A DNA stretch of 64,000 nucleotides from Chthoniobacterales bacterium. GTDB taxonomy: Bacteria > Verrucomicrobiota > Verrucomicrobiia > Chthoniobacterales > DASVRZ01. Below the pieces are notes generated by a model that was given only the letters and a program-made list of their open reading frames with translations, was not told the DNA's origin and did not search any database. Where the stretch lies: assembly GCA_038228695.1 (NCBI GenBank), contig JBBRPA010000004.1, forward strand, positions 18,318-82,317. Direction: 5' to 3'. Of this stretch, positions 15,963 to 25,635 are shown piece by piece. The stretch's first letter is position 1, and every line of letters starts with the position of its first letter. A program made the translations under genes and the position numbers.

Positions 15963-17249
15963 CTACGGCGCTTTCGAGATGGTAAAAGTCTGGCCGGATT
16001 TTTTCTCGCGGATAACCACTTGCTCCTCGCGCAGATCGAGCACCACGTAGATCCGGCCGCCGTCGTCGGGCAAGGTAAATTCCTGCCCTCTGTGGAGGCG
16101 CTGGGTTTCCTCCGAAAACGGCAGACGAACCGACGCAAATGACGTGTTCGACGGACCGTCGATCCCCGGAACGAGCCGGATTTTCTGGCCCTGCGGATCG
16201 ACCATTCGGACGTCGCTCCCGTCGTAGGGATGACCGTCCTTATCCACTAACGCCCGGGCTCGGACCTGCTCCACCTTCCAATCTCCGGCGTTACCGCCAA
16301 CATGGACCGGGAGGGAGGCGCCCCCGGCGTCCCGCAGGATCGCGGTGTCCTGATCGACTTTTTCGAGGGAATACGGTAGTCGCTCGCGGTGGTAGCCTTC
16401 CCAGACTAACCGACTCGCGGCCGCAGGGTGAGAGGATGGATCGATCGGGCTGGTGTCGGCGAGAAACTCGTCGCGGTTACTGAAACCGTCGCCGTCGCTA
16501 TCCCGCGAAAAAACATCCGCAGCATTGAGATCGAGCCCGTATTTTTTCCACCAAGCCTCCTCTGGGGAACGGCGCATGGTGTCCGGATCTTTGAGCAGCG
16601 CCTCTCGCTCAGCCGAACCTGGGGTCGGGGACGGGGAGGCCGAAGCCGCGCCGGGTGTTGGCGCGCTGCTTGCAGCGGTGGAGTCAGCGCCTGCCTCAAG
16701 GAGGAGTTTTTCCAGTTCGGCGTTGCCGGATTGGCGGGCCCAGGAAAGTGGGGTGCGGCCCTCGGGTCCGGCGGCGTCTACTTCTGCGCCGTGTTTTAGC
16801 AAGACCCGGGCAACGTCGGTGTGTCCTAACAGACTGGCGAGAAGCAGCCCGCGATTGAGGTCTGCTTTCGACTCGTCCGCGAGCAGTTTCACGGCCTCGA
16901 CTTTCCCCCCGTAGATCGCCTTCATCAACGGCGTCCAGCCTTCTTTGTCCTTTTGGTCGAAGGCTGCGCCTTGGCGGGTGAGAAGTTCGATCACCGCAGT
17001 GGCGTTGTTTTCCGCCGCACCGAGCAACGGGGTAGTCCCGGAAGCGGTCGCGCTGTTTACATTCATGCCGGCGTCGAGAAACAGGCCCACCGCTTTTTCA
17101 TCACCCGCTCGCGAAGCCCGGACAAAATCCTCCGCCGTGAATTGGTAATTCAGCTTGAGCAAATCGGATTTTGCGTGCCCCGTGTCACGTCCGCAGGAGG
17201 GCAGGCAAGCTGCGGCAATCAGGAGAGCGGCAAATTTCCAGAGGTTCAT
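15963..17249 (-). CDS. lipoprotein with ankyrin repeats and a Ca-binding-like (TSP3-like) motif
   Basis: ATG at 17249 gives 'MNLWKFAALLIAAACLPSCG' (lipobox). Ankyrin blocks 'GTTPLLGAAENNATAVIELL' and 'GWTPLMKAI' are present, along with 'DSDGDGFSNRDEF'. The start overlaps the glgE stop (ATGA). Confidence 0.8.
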   Translation of the reverse strand: MNLWKFAALLIAAACLPSCGRDTGHAKSDLLKLNYQFTAEDFVRASRAGDEKAVGLFLDAGMNVNSATASGTTPLLGAAENNATAVIELLTRQGAAFDQKDKEGWTPLMKAIYGGKVEAVKLLADESKADLNRGLLLASLLGHTDVARVLLKHGAEVDAAGPEGRTPLSWARQSGNAELEKLLLEAGADSTAASSAPTPGAASASPSPTPGSAEREALLKDPDTMRRSPEEAWWKKYGLDLNAADVFSRDSDGDGFSNRDEFLADTSPIDPSSHPAAASRLVWEGYHRERLPYSLEKVDQDTAILRDAGGASLPVHVGGNAGDWKVEQVRARALVDKDGHPYDGSDVRMVDPQGQKIRLVPGIDGPSNTSFASVRLPFSEETQRLHRGQEFTLPDDGGRIYVVLDLREEQVVIREKKSGQTFTISKAP

Positions 17250-19267
17250 GTGTGGCGTTGGATGCGGAAAATGTGCGCAGGCCGGGCGTCGGGGTCGAGC
17301 TTGATGAATTGCCGGACGCCGCGCCATTGGAAACGGTCGCCCGTGAGCAAGTCCTCGGCGGTAAATGTTTCCGCCGTCGTCATGCCCCATTCTCCGAGTG
17401 GTAGTTCGACGAAGCCGCTCTGCGAATGGTATGAGTCGAGATTGACCACGATGAAAATCAGATTGTCGCCCGCGGCGGTGCGTTTGCTCCAAGCCAGGAG
17501 TTGCTCGTTTTCCGCGCGTTGGAAACGCAGATTGTCATAAATCTGCAGCGCGCGATTTTTCCGCCGGATTTCGTTCAATCGGGTGAAGAGATCCTTGATA
17601 TTCCCCGGCTGATTCCAGTCGCGCTCCTTCCACTGATATTTCTCCGAGAAGTTGTATTCCTCTTTGTTAGGAAACGGTTCGTTTTCACACAACTCATAGC
17701 CGCTGTAGATGCCATAAACCGGGGAGAGCATTGCCGCGAGAATGGCGCGAATCTTGAACATCGATCGAGGCGCGTTTTGTAAATGCGCTGGAAGAATATC
17801 CGGTGTGTTTGGCCAGAGATTAGCTCGAAAACATTCCTTCATTTCTGTTTGCGTGAGCTCGGAGAAATACTCCATCAGCTCCTGCTTGCCCGTGCGCCAA
17901 GTGAAATAAGTGTAGCCCTGCGTGAACCCTGCCTTTCCTAACACCCGCATCATTTTCGGACGGGTAAACGCCTCACTCAGGAAAATTGCATCGGGATAAA
18001 CGCTGCGCACGCCAGCGATGAGATACTCCCAAAACGCGACCGGTTTCGTGTGCGGATTGTCCACTCGGAAAATGCGCACGTTCCGTCCATACCAGAAAAG
18101 AATGATCGCGCGCATTTCCTCCCAGAGATTTTTCCAATCCTTGCAGTAGAAATTCAGTGGATAAACATCCTCGTATTTCTTCGGCGGATTTTCCGCGTAT
18201 TTAATCGTCCCGTCGGGCCGTTTGAAAAACCAATCCGGATGCTCCGCAACATACGGGTGATCCGGCGAACAATTGATCGCAAAATCTAGCGCAATTTCCA
18301 TTCCGCGTTTGCGGATTTCATCGACTAGCCAGTCGAAATCTTCTAGCGTTCCTAGCTCTGGCGCGACGTCTTTGTGTCCCCCGCCGTTCGGACAGCCTTG
18401 GTGCCGGTTGCCGATGGCGTAAGGCACGCCCGGTTCCCCCGGCTCGCTTTTGGTCGAGTTGTTCCGCCCCTTGCGATTGGCTAGGCCAATCGGATGAATC
18501 GGCGGAAAATAAATGACGTCGAAACCCATCGCCCGCGCATCGTCTACCCGAGGCAAACAGTCCCGAAACGTCGATCCTTTATCTCCGCGACCCTCCGCGC
18601 TGCGCGGAAAAAATTCATACCACGCCGCAAATCCCGCTGCCGCGCGATCGACCGTGACTAACAAATACGGCTTCAACTCCGTGGCTAGTGTCCGGTCTTG
18701 ATAGTGCGTCATCAGCGAGCGCAACTCCGGGTCCTCGGAAATTCGAAAGACCTCCGCATTTGTGCCGGCGCGGATTTTTTGAGCGAAGGCTTTTAGGATG
18801 CGTTTATCTGCGGCGGGACGCGCCTGTTTCGCCGCTGCCTCAACGATCGCTGCGCCTTCCAAAATTTCACTCGAAAGCTCCGTCAGGCCACCATGAAATT
18901 TCTTCTCATACTCATGGTGCCAGGTTTGGTAGAGATCGGTCCACGCCTCGATCGTTACCTCGTAAGTGGCATTTTCAAAAAAACTGCAACGCCCATCCCA
19001 GCGGTCGTTGACGAGAGGCTGCATGACCGTCTGGAACCAGTTCGTGTCGCCCTGTTTCCGCCACTTCAATCGCGCAGTGAGAATGTCGTGCCCGTCGCGA
19101 AAAATATCCGTCTCAACATGGAGATCATCGCCCACCAATCGCTTCAGCGGATAAAGACCGCCGTCGAGGAGCGGGGTGACATTTTCGATAACAACGGTGG
19201 TGCGGGTGCTCGGAATCACTCCGCCATGAAAACAAAATCCCGGCGTTGCGGCAAGACCCACCTTCAC
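17246..19267 (-). CDS. glgE: alpha-1,4-glucan:maltose-1-phosphate maltosyltransferase
   Basis: 673-aa ORF with 'DVIYFPPIHPIG', 'PYAIGN', 'GTLEDFDWLVDEIRKRGMEIALDFA', 'FRVDNPHTKP' and 'YAENPPKKYEDVYPLNF'. The GTG start overlaps the permease stop (GTGA). Confidence 0.9.
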   Translation of the reverse strand: MKVGLAATPGFCFHGGVIPSTRTTVVIENVTPLLDGGLYPLKRLVGDDLHVETDIFRDGHDILTARLKWRKQGDTNWFQTVMQPLVNDRWDGRCSFFENATYEVTIEAWTDLYQTWHHEYEKKFHGGLTELSSEILEGAAIVEAAAKQARPAADKRILKAFAQKIRAGTNAEVFRISEDPELRSLMTHYQDRTLATELKPYLLVTVDRAAAGFAAWYEFFPRSAEGRGDKGSTFRDCLPRVDDARAMGFDVIYFPPIHPIGLANRKGRNNSTKSEPGEPGVPYAIGNRHQGCPNGGGHKDVAPELGTLEDFDWLVDEIRKRGMEIALDFAINCSPDHPYVAEHPDWFFKRPDGTIKYAENPPKKYEDVYPLNFYCKDWKNLWEEMRAIILFWYGRNVRIFRVDNPHTKPVAFWEYLIAGVRSVYPDAIFLSEAFTRPKMMRVLGKAGFTQGYTYFTWRTGKQELMEYFSELTQTEMKECFRANLWPNTPDILPAHLQNAPRSMFKIRAILAAMLSPVYGIYSGYELCENEPFPNKEEYNFSEKYQWKERDWNQPGNIKDLFTRLNEIRRKNRALQIYDNLRFQRAENEQLLAWSKRTAAGDNLIFIVVNLDSYHSQSGFVELPLGEWGMTTAETFTAEDLLTGDRFQWRGVRQFIKLDPDARPAHIFRIQRHT

Positions 19268-20928
19268 GCCAGCGGCGGAGGGGTATCAGTCGCCGCACCC
19301 GTTGCCTGCATGTCCCTCGCCATGACCACGTGAAATTGCCGTAAACGCACCACGCTCCAGACCGCCACGATGCTTCCTGCCAGCAGCCAAAAGGCAAACG
19401 CACGCGGCATCGCGCGTGCCGCGTGGACTGGTAGCTCCGCCAAATTAAGCGACGAGCCGGTCGCAAAAAAAGGCAAACTCGCAGGCGACATGCCGCCTAC
19501 CCAAAGGGCCAGCGGAATCATCCGGTCGCTGACCGTTCCCAGCACCGTTCCCGCCAGTAAAGGGACCACGCCAAAGAGGATCACTGCCAAGCCGGCCGCA
19601 CGCCCGCCGCCGGATTCGAGCAACGCGTGGAAGGAGAGACTCGCGGTGAGCAGGACCGCTGCGTAAATCCAAAAAACCTGCCCCGGCACCGCCTGCCCCG
19701 GAAACCAGCGCGACTCCACCAAGGACGAGGTGAACGCATACCAACCCGCTGCACCGGCCAGCGCCATGATGGCCACAAACCAAAACGAGGTTGCCGAATC
19801 GCCCAGACGCGGTGGACGGATTTCACCAATCTTGCGGGCGCGACGCCAGCCGCGGAGCTGCGCATCGATCGACGGAGTGATGATGATGGTTAGGACAATA
19901 ACGAGGAGCAGCGTGAACAAGCCATAAAGACCCGACATGCCCACCGCCTCGATTGGTTTCGGAGTCCAGTCGGGCAACAGCCGCACCATCCGGGTAAACG
20001 CCCGCGAGGGAAAAAGCGTGCCCGGCTCGATCAGCGGCAACGCATTTCCGAGCAAGAGAATCTGAATCCAAGCGAACAATCCAACCGCCCAGATCTTTCC
20101 TAACAAATGCGATTCCGCACGGCGCCATTTCCGGCAAAGCATGACAGTGAAAGCGAGGATCATTCCACCTTGGGAAAACGCCGTGAAGACCGCCTCGGGA
20201 AAATCGAGATTGAAGAATTTCGCAGCCGGCATGAGTTCTTGCACCACGCCCATGACTTTTCCGGCGGACTGCGGCAACAGCCCCGGCAGGCTTTCCTCGA
20301 AGACGGGTTTGATGGTTAGGTATTTGAAGAAGACGAGGCCGAACTTCGCCATTTGTGGGATGACGGTGTAAAGGCTGAAGACGAGTCCGATGGAAATGAG
20401 AAAAGCCCAGCGCCGGTTGGCGACGACCGTGCCGGTGAGTAGCGCGGTGAAATGATAGAGCCAGGTGGATGTTAGCACCACGCAGTAGAGCGGCAGCCAA
20501 ACCGTCCAAGGAACACCACCCTGCCACAACGCCCACCCGGTGAACGGAAGCGTAGCAACAAAGAGAAGATACTCCCGCACAGGCAGACCCAGAAGATAAC
20601 CAAAAACTTTCACGGACGGCGACAGAGGTAGCAAACGCTGATAGTCGATCACCCCTTCGTCCCGTTCGGCGACCATCCCGCCCGAGACTTGGGCGGTCCC
20701 GAGAATGAAAAGAATTACGCTCTGAAAGACGAGCAAGGGAATGATGGCAAACCGCGCCGAATCCGCAGATTGAGTGTGAGAGCGCATTCCCACGGAGTGG
20801 CTGAAGGCGCAAATAAAGCCTGCGATCAAAATAACGACGAGCAGTGAGAGGGCCAATCCCTGAGGGCGGAGGCGCGATTGGCAGTAGCGTCGGAAAATGG
20901 GATTGCACCAAGGTCGGATGGAATTCAT
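19264..20928 (-). CDS. large polytopic ABC-transporter permease-like membrane protein
   Basis: 554-aa ORF that is hydrophobic throughout with many predicted TM segments. Its start overlaps the stop of the upstream ABC ATPase (ATGA). Confidence 0.75.
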   Translation of the reverse strand: MNSIRPWCNPIFRRYCQSRLRPQGLALSLLVVILIAGFICAFSHSVGMRSHTQSADSARFAIIPLLVFQSVILFILGTAQVSGGMVAERDEGVIDYQRLLPLSPSVKVFGYLLGLPVREYLLFVATLPFTGWALWQGGVPWTVWLPLYCVVLTSTWLYHFTALLTGTVVANRRWAFLISIGLVFSLYTVIPQMAKFGLVFFKYLTIKPVFEESLPGLLPQSAGKVMGVVQELMPAAKFFNLDFPEAVFTAFSQGGMILAFTVMLCRKWRRAESHLLGKIWAVGLFAWIQILLLGNALPLIEPGTLFPSRAFTRMVRLLPDWTPKPIEAVGMSGLYGLFTLLLVIVLTIIITPSIDAQLRGWRRARKIGEIRPPRLGDSATSFWFVAIMALAGAAGWYAFTSSLVESRWFPGQAVPGQVFWIYAAVLLTASLSFHALLESGGGRAAGLAVILFGVVPLLAGTVLGTVSDRMIPLALWVGGMSPASLPFFATGSSLNLAELPVHAARAMPRAFAFWLLAGSIVAVWSVVRLRQFHVVMARDMQATGAATDTPPPLA

Positions 20929-21908
20929 GAGGTGCGACTCGCTGCGGAAATTTCCACGAGAATGTCCTCAAAAGAGGAACGCTTCTCCTCGAAACTGCGG
21001 ACCGGGATGCCCTGAGCGATCAACCCGGTCAGGAGCGCGGCCTGAGCCTCTTCGGTTCCCTCGAATCCGAAGCTGATCTTTTCGGATGAACCCTGCAAAT
21101 CCATCACGCCATTCTGGTCGGCGATCCATTCTCGCGCTTCCTCGTGTCGGTGCAGCGTCGAAACGGTAAGCACTCTTCGCGTGCTGCCCAGTTGTGCGCG
21201 CACTTCGTCCGCCGTGCCGGATGCTAGGAGCCGACCGTGATTCATCACGCAGAGCGACGTGCACATTTCCGCCAGTTCGCTCAAGATGTGGGAGCTAATA
21301 AAAATGGTCGCGCCGGCCTCGGCCAGACGGCGCAGGGTTCCACGAAGTTCGCGCCGGGCCAACGGGTCGAGTCCGCTCGCGGGTTCGTCGAGAATCAAAA
21401 TGGCAGGACGGTGCAGCATGGTTTTGGCGAGGACGAGACGCTGGGTTTGCCCGCGGGAGAGTTCGCGGCACCAGCGGTTGCGTAAATCCGCCAAGCTGAC
21501 TTCCTCGAGACATTGCGACACCCGCTCGAGTTGTTGGGCCCGCGTGCCGAGCCCGTGCGCAGCAGCGTGAAAGAGGAGAAACTCGCCAATCTTCAAATCG
21601 GAGGGAACAGGCGCTAGATCGGGCATGTAGCCGATCATTCGCCGGACCGCCTCGATGTTCTCGAAGATGTCCAGGCCTTCCAGTGCGACCTCGCCGTAGG
21701 TCGGTTCCATTAGAGTAGTTAGCACCCGGAAGGTGCTAGTCTTTCCCGCTCCATTTGGGCCGACGAGTCCGAAAACTTCGCCGCGCGGGATGTTAAGGGT
21801 GAGATCTTCCACCGCGACAAACTTTCCGTAATCCACCCGCAAATCGCGGATTGCGATCGCTGGGCAGTCCGTTTTTCCGGAATTGTTAGTAGCGGATTCT
21901 TTTTCCAC
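20925..21908 (-). CDS. ABC transporter ATP-binding protein (ABC-2/DrrA-like)
   Basis: Walker A 'GPNGAGKTS', signature 'LSRGQTQR' and Walker B 'ILILDEP', followed by a ~90-aa C-terminal extension. Confidence 0.92.
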   Translation of the reverse strand: MEKESATNNSGKTDCPAIAIRDLRVDYGKFVAVEDLTLNIPRGEVFGLVGPNGAGKTSTFRVLTTLMEPTYGEVALEGLDIFENIEAVRRMIGYMPDLAPVPSDLKIGEFLLFHAAAHGLGTRAQQLERVSQCLEEVSLADLRNRWCRELSRGQTQRLVLAKTMLHRPAILILDEPASGLDPLARRELRGTLRRLAEAGATIFISSHILSELAEMCTSLCVMNHGRLLASGTADEVRAQLGSTRRVLTVSTLHRHEEAREWIADQNGVMDLQGSSEKISFGFEGTEEAQAALLTGLIAQGIPVRSFEEKRSSFEDILVEISAASRTS

Positions 21909-21912
21909 AGGA

Positions 21913-22914
21913 TCAACGAAAATCGGAGTCGTTTAGCATCTGCCAGTCTTGCGGCATGGTGAGCCCGATTTCCGACATGCTTTTGGCAGTCTCGTCGCGA
22001 CGACGCTGGCGTTCCGCCTCGTAAGTGGCGCGTTGGTCAGGCCGAAGCACGGCAAGCGTGGCCGCCTCGCGGTCGGTCACCGGCGTGGAATCCAGCGGCC
22101 CGTGCGCCCCTTGGATCAGTAAGGACGCATCGTAATCCCGAGAACTTCGCGCCGTGACGCCAAACACCTGATCGCGCTGGTTTTCGTCGAGAGTAACGAT
22201 GGAGTCGATTCGCTGCACATAAGCATCGGCCTGTTGCTGGACGCGACCCGCGCGTTCGGCGGCGCGATCATTGTTGAAAGCGGTGCGCTGCTCTGCGGAG
22301 AGAAGATTCTGCATGAATGGATCGAGCCCGTCGTCGGGGCGGACATCGCGCGAGGCCCGCATGATGTCCTCCAGTCGCGTGCCGTCCCGCGCGATCAGGT
22401 CGTTCCATTTTTTCCCATCCGTATCGGATTTTTGGAGGAACCATTCTCGAAGTTTTTGTTGGTTCTCCGGAGTTAGTTTGTATTTCCGAGAGAATTCACC
22501 GGTCAGGCTATCGATCATTTGCTGCTGCTGCTTGATTCGCATCCGGTCAAAGAGCGGCGCCAAGTCGCGAATGAGTGGTTTGCTGGCTCGGAAAAGGTCT
22601 TCGGGAGAAACGGGTCGGCCTTCGCGGAGATCTTCCGCTATCTGTCGGGTGCCATCGGCGAGGGTCTGGCGAGTGCGACGGCCAGCGACGCGGCTGAGCA
22701 GGGTGCCGGACCCACGGTCCTGACGGTCGCTGCCTTCGAGTGCTGCGAGACGGTTTTTGGCCTGCTTCAGCTCGACTTCCAGACGATTGGCCCGTTCCTC
22801 GGCCGAACCTTCGCTGCCGGGCAAGCTTCCGGAGAAAAGGACGGCACCCGCTACACCGAGAGCCAGGCCTGCGAGAAGCGGAGGAAGAAAGCGGAGAGAT
22901 TTTGCAAGCACCAT
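21913..22914 (-). CDS. hypothetical signal-anchored, helix/coiled-coil-rich periplasmic protein
   Basis: 333-aa ORF with the N-terminal hydrophobic segment 'LPPLLAGLALGVAGAVLF'. The rest is charged and helical. The stop is 4 nt from the ABC ATPase start. Confidence 0.7.
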   Translation of the reverse strand: MVLAKSLRFLPPLLAGLALGVAGAVLFSGSLPGSEGSAEERANRLEVELKQAKNRLAALEGSDRQDRGSGTLLSRVAGRRTRQTLADGTRQIAEDLREGRPVSPEDLFRASKPLIRDLAPLFDRMRIKQQQQMIDSLTGEFSRKYKLTPENQQKLREWFLQKSDTDGKKWNDLIARDGTRLEDIMRASRDVRPDDGLDPFMQNLLSAEQRTAFNNDRAAERAGRVQQQADAYVQRIDSIVTLDENQRDQVFGVTARSSRDYDASLLIQGAHGPLDSTPVTDREAATLAVLRPDQRATYEAERQRRRDETAKSMSEIGLTMPQDWQMLNDSDFR

Positions 22915-23039
22915 GAGAAGTTAGTAAAGCACCTGGAAGTGTCAGCGGCAATGCGCATCCCGCTCCGGCTTTTTTCTGCAAAAAGTTCCTCCTCATAAAG
23001 CAGTATCCGTGGCATGCTCTCTCTCAGCCAAAAGTCTCC

Positions 23040-24257
23040 ATGAAAGTCGTTCGCGTCTCGCAAAAACTTCAATCCAATCCACTGCCTGACATCGAGAAGG
23101 AGGTCTTTCGCCAGCTCGACCTGCTCGGCACGAAACCGCCGCAGGGGCGCGTCGCTGTCACTGCCGGAAGCCGAGGTATTGCTAATTTACTTCGCATCAC
23201 CAAGGCCGCCGGAGACTGGTTGCGGGCGAACGGCGCGACTCCCTTTCTCGTGCCCGCGATGGGCTCGCACAACGGCGGCACGGCGGAAGGGCAACGACAG
23301 ATGATCGAATCACTCGGACTGACCGAGGAGGCAACCGGAATGGAGATTTGCTCGAGCATGGACGTGGTTTGCGTCGGCACGGTTGCGTCGGGCGATGTTT
23401 GGATGGATCGCCATTGTTATGAGGCGGCCGGTGTGTTGGTGCTTAACCGGGTGAAATTACACACCTGTTTTTCCGGTCCGGTGCAAAGCGGGCTGACGAA
23501 AATGATGGTGGTGGGCATGGGAAAAACGCGGAGCGCGGCCACCTTCCATTCGTTACCTGCGGTGGAGATGAAGGATCTGCTTTTTGAAATGGGCGCGAAG
23601 ATTCTCGACAGCGGGCGGATCTTTGCCGGGCTCGCTATTCTCGAGGATGGTTTCGACGAGACGGCCGAATTGCACGCAGTTCCTGCCGGGGAAATCTTGC
23701 AACGTGAACCGGAGTTGCTCCAGCGGCACTTGAATTATTTTCCGACGCTGCCTTGTGATGCGATCAATGTTTTGGTCGTCAATGAAATTGGAAAAACCTA
23801 CAGCGGCACCGGGATGGATACAAACGTGATCGGTCGGCGTGGCGTGAACGGATTCGAAGATCTGGCGAGACCAAAAATCAACGCGATCGCAGCGTTAAAT
23901 CTCTCGACCGCCTCGCAAGGCAATGCGATCGGTGTCGGCCTAGCCGATTTCATCACCAGACGCTTGCGCGAAGCGATCAATGAGCAGAAGACTTTTTTAA
24001 ACACCTTCACTACCGGCGACATGCGGCGCATGGCCATTCCATGCACCTTGCAAGACGACGCTGAAGTGATCGCAAGAATGCACGAGCGCTACGGCGAAAA
24101 GGGTTGGATGTTCATTCCTAACACGCTGCATTTAGAAACACTTTACGTCTCCGAGGATCTCGCCGTCGAGCTTCGGAGAAATTCCCGTTGCGAAGTGGCC
24201 GATGCGGCAGTGGAGCTGGAGGTTCAGGAAGGGCGCCTGACGCTTTTTCGGAGTTAG
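23040..24257 (+). CDS. LarA-like / DUF2088 (lactate racemase N-terminal domain) family protein
   Basis: 405-aa ORF. 'VPAMGSHNGGTAEGQRQMIESLGL' and 'NRVKLHTCFSGPVQSGLTKMMVVGMGK' fit my recollection of the family. The function is uncertain. Confidence 0.55.
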   Translation: MKVVRVSQKLQSNPLPDIEKEVFRQLDLLGTKPPQGRVAVTAGSRGIANLLRITKAAGDWLRANGATPFLVPAMGSHNGGTAEGQRQMIESLGLTEEATGMEICSSMDVVCVGTVASGDVWMDRHCYEAAGVLVLNRVKLHTCFSGPVQSGLTKMMVVGMGKTRSAATFHSLPAVEMKDLLFEMGAKILDSGRIFAGLAILEDGFDETAELHAVPAGEILQREPELLQRHLNYFPTLPCDAINVLVVNEIGKTYSGTGMDTNVIGRRGVNGFEDLARPKINAIAALNLSTASQGNAIGVGLADFITRRLREAINEQKTFLNTFTTGDMRRMAIPCTLQDDAEVIARMHERYGEKGWMFIPNTLHLETLYVSEDLAVELRRNSRCEVADAAVELEVQEGRLTLFRS

Positions 24258-24295
24258 AGCGATTTAAATACTATAGCCGTTCGTGACGGCAAATA

Positions 24296-24421
24296 TCTCG
24301 GGTAGTGCGGACGTTCCGCCGGCTGTGCGGCGCATCTTGCGGCGCTGCTTCTTACCACGATGGATAACCGTTTCGGCGAGACGCCAAAACCAGCAGGCGG
24401 GGACGCCCACACTACCCGAGA
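24296..24421. repeat. REP-like inverted repeat between convergent genes, carrying the 15-mer GGCGAGACGCCAAAA
   Basis: Arms are 24296-24320 (tctcgggtagtgcggacgttccgcc) and 24396-24421. The outer 12 nt are a perfect reverse complement and the inner part is imperfect. The 15-mer lies at 24375-24389. Confidence 0.8.
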
Positions 24422-24468
24422 CCAGATCCTTTTCGCGGCCACACGATTTTTTAAACTGCTCTAGTCTT

Positions 24469-25635
24469 CTAGCATTCGGTCGCGTGGCTCCGGGAAACGA
24501 CAGGAAAATTTTCTCCTTGGCCGCGACGCAACTCCGACCAAGCGGGAAGCGGTGCCTCGTGAGCGACTCCCGGATTCGTGAGCAGGGCGAGAAATGATTC
24601 AACCAAGCCGGCCTCATCTTTTTCGGAAAAATCGAGTTGGTTCAGCAGCGCGACATGGCGGTAGCGGCGCAACGTGTCGCTGGCGGTCTGCGCATAGGCC
24701 TGGCGAAGGGCAGAGAGAAAACCCGCGTCCACCGTGATTCCTTCGCGGGCGAGTTGATGGAGTAAACAGGCAAGAATCTCGGAAGCGAGACGGGTGAGTC
24801 CGGTCTGTGATTGTCCCGGGTTGAGCATCTGATGCTTGTGCTCATAGTTAGAACCAAGATCGATTTGAGCCACGGCGTCAGGCGCAATCGAGCGATGCAC
24901 GGAGCAGAGCAAATCGATTTCCAACCCCCAGCCAGAGGGAATCGGAAGTTGCGCAAGATCGGCGAGCCGCCCGCCAAATTCTCCGGCGAGCGGATAACGA
25001 AAACTATCGAGAAAATCGAGGAGCGGATAATGGCCTTCGACGCGGACGAGGGCGCGCAGGAGTGGGCCAACGAAGAGGCGGGTGACGCGGCCAAAGAGCT
25101 GTCCGCCCTGCTTGTCGGAGAGCCTTGGGTAGTAGCCTTTGATGAAGCGGTAACCGAGCGCGGGATCGAGCAACGGCAGGGTGAGTAACGCGGGAAGTTC
25201 GCGCCGGTAATTGAGGATGTCGGTGTCGTGGGTCACGACGACCTGGCAATCGGTTTGGCTGAGCAACCAGCCGAGTGCGGTCCAAAGATTGTGGCCCTTG
25301 CCGGAGCCGGGAAAGCGTTCCTGCCAGGCGGGCTCGTCGTTCCAGAGCAGATCGACGCGCGGATCATTTGAGGTTAGCTTTTTCATCTCGGGCAGGTCAG
25401 TTGCGATGGCGCGATTGACCGGAATGACCACGCGAGAAAAATAACGAGCGTGGGCTGTTTCCCGCAGAATTTGCTGCATGGCTGGGCGGCGTAAGTCGTC
25501 GAGCGTGCAGGGAAGGATGAGCGCGACAGGCGTGTTGCGGGCGAGATCGCCAAGCTGGTCTTCGATGTCCTCCAACGGCCGATCGGTCAGTCGTGGCAGC
25601 GTGCTAATCAGGCCACGCTGATGAAAGTCGCTCAT
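24469..25635 (-). CDS. glycosyltransferase, glucosyl-3-phosphoglycerate synthase-like (GT81-like)
   Basis: 388-aa ORF. 'GSGKGHNLWTALGWL' and 'VVTHDTDILNY' resemble the GpgS 'GKGEALW' and DxD blocks (from memory). The start overlaps the pssA stop by 4 nt. Confidence 0.55.
   Translation of the reverse strand: MSDFHQRGLISTLPRLTDRPLEDIEDQLGDLARNTPVALILPCTLDDLRRPAMQQILRETAHARYFSRVVIPVNRAIATDLPEMKKLTSNDPRVDLLWNDEPAWQERFPGSGKGHNLWTALGWLLSQTDCQVVVTHDTDILNYRRELPALLTLPLLDPALGYRFIKGYYPRLSDKQGGQLFGRVTRLFVGPLLRALVRVEGHYPLLDFLDSFRYPLAGEFGGRLADLAQLPIPSGWGLEIDLLCSVHRSIAPDAVAQIDLGSNYEHKHQMLNPGQSQTGLTRLASEILACLLHQLAREGITVDAGFLSALRQAYAQTASDTLRRYRHVALLNQLDFSEKDEAGLVESFLALLTNPGVAHEAPLPAWSELRRGQGENFPVVSRSHATEC

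Noticed and set aside
15963-17492. 5'-extended versions of several track ORFs: 15963-17492, 9612-10526, 10230-10784, 45223-47157, 46716-48329, 56099-57244, 58143-59345.
   Set aside because: The extensions are Arg/Pro-rich, overlap the upstream gene, and precede an internal start codon that gives a proper signal peptide, lipobox or conserved N-terminus (for example '[15 protein letters not shown]' and '[13 protein letters not shown]'). The shorter starts were used.
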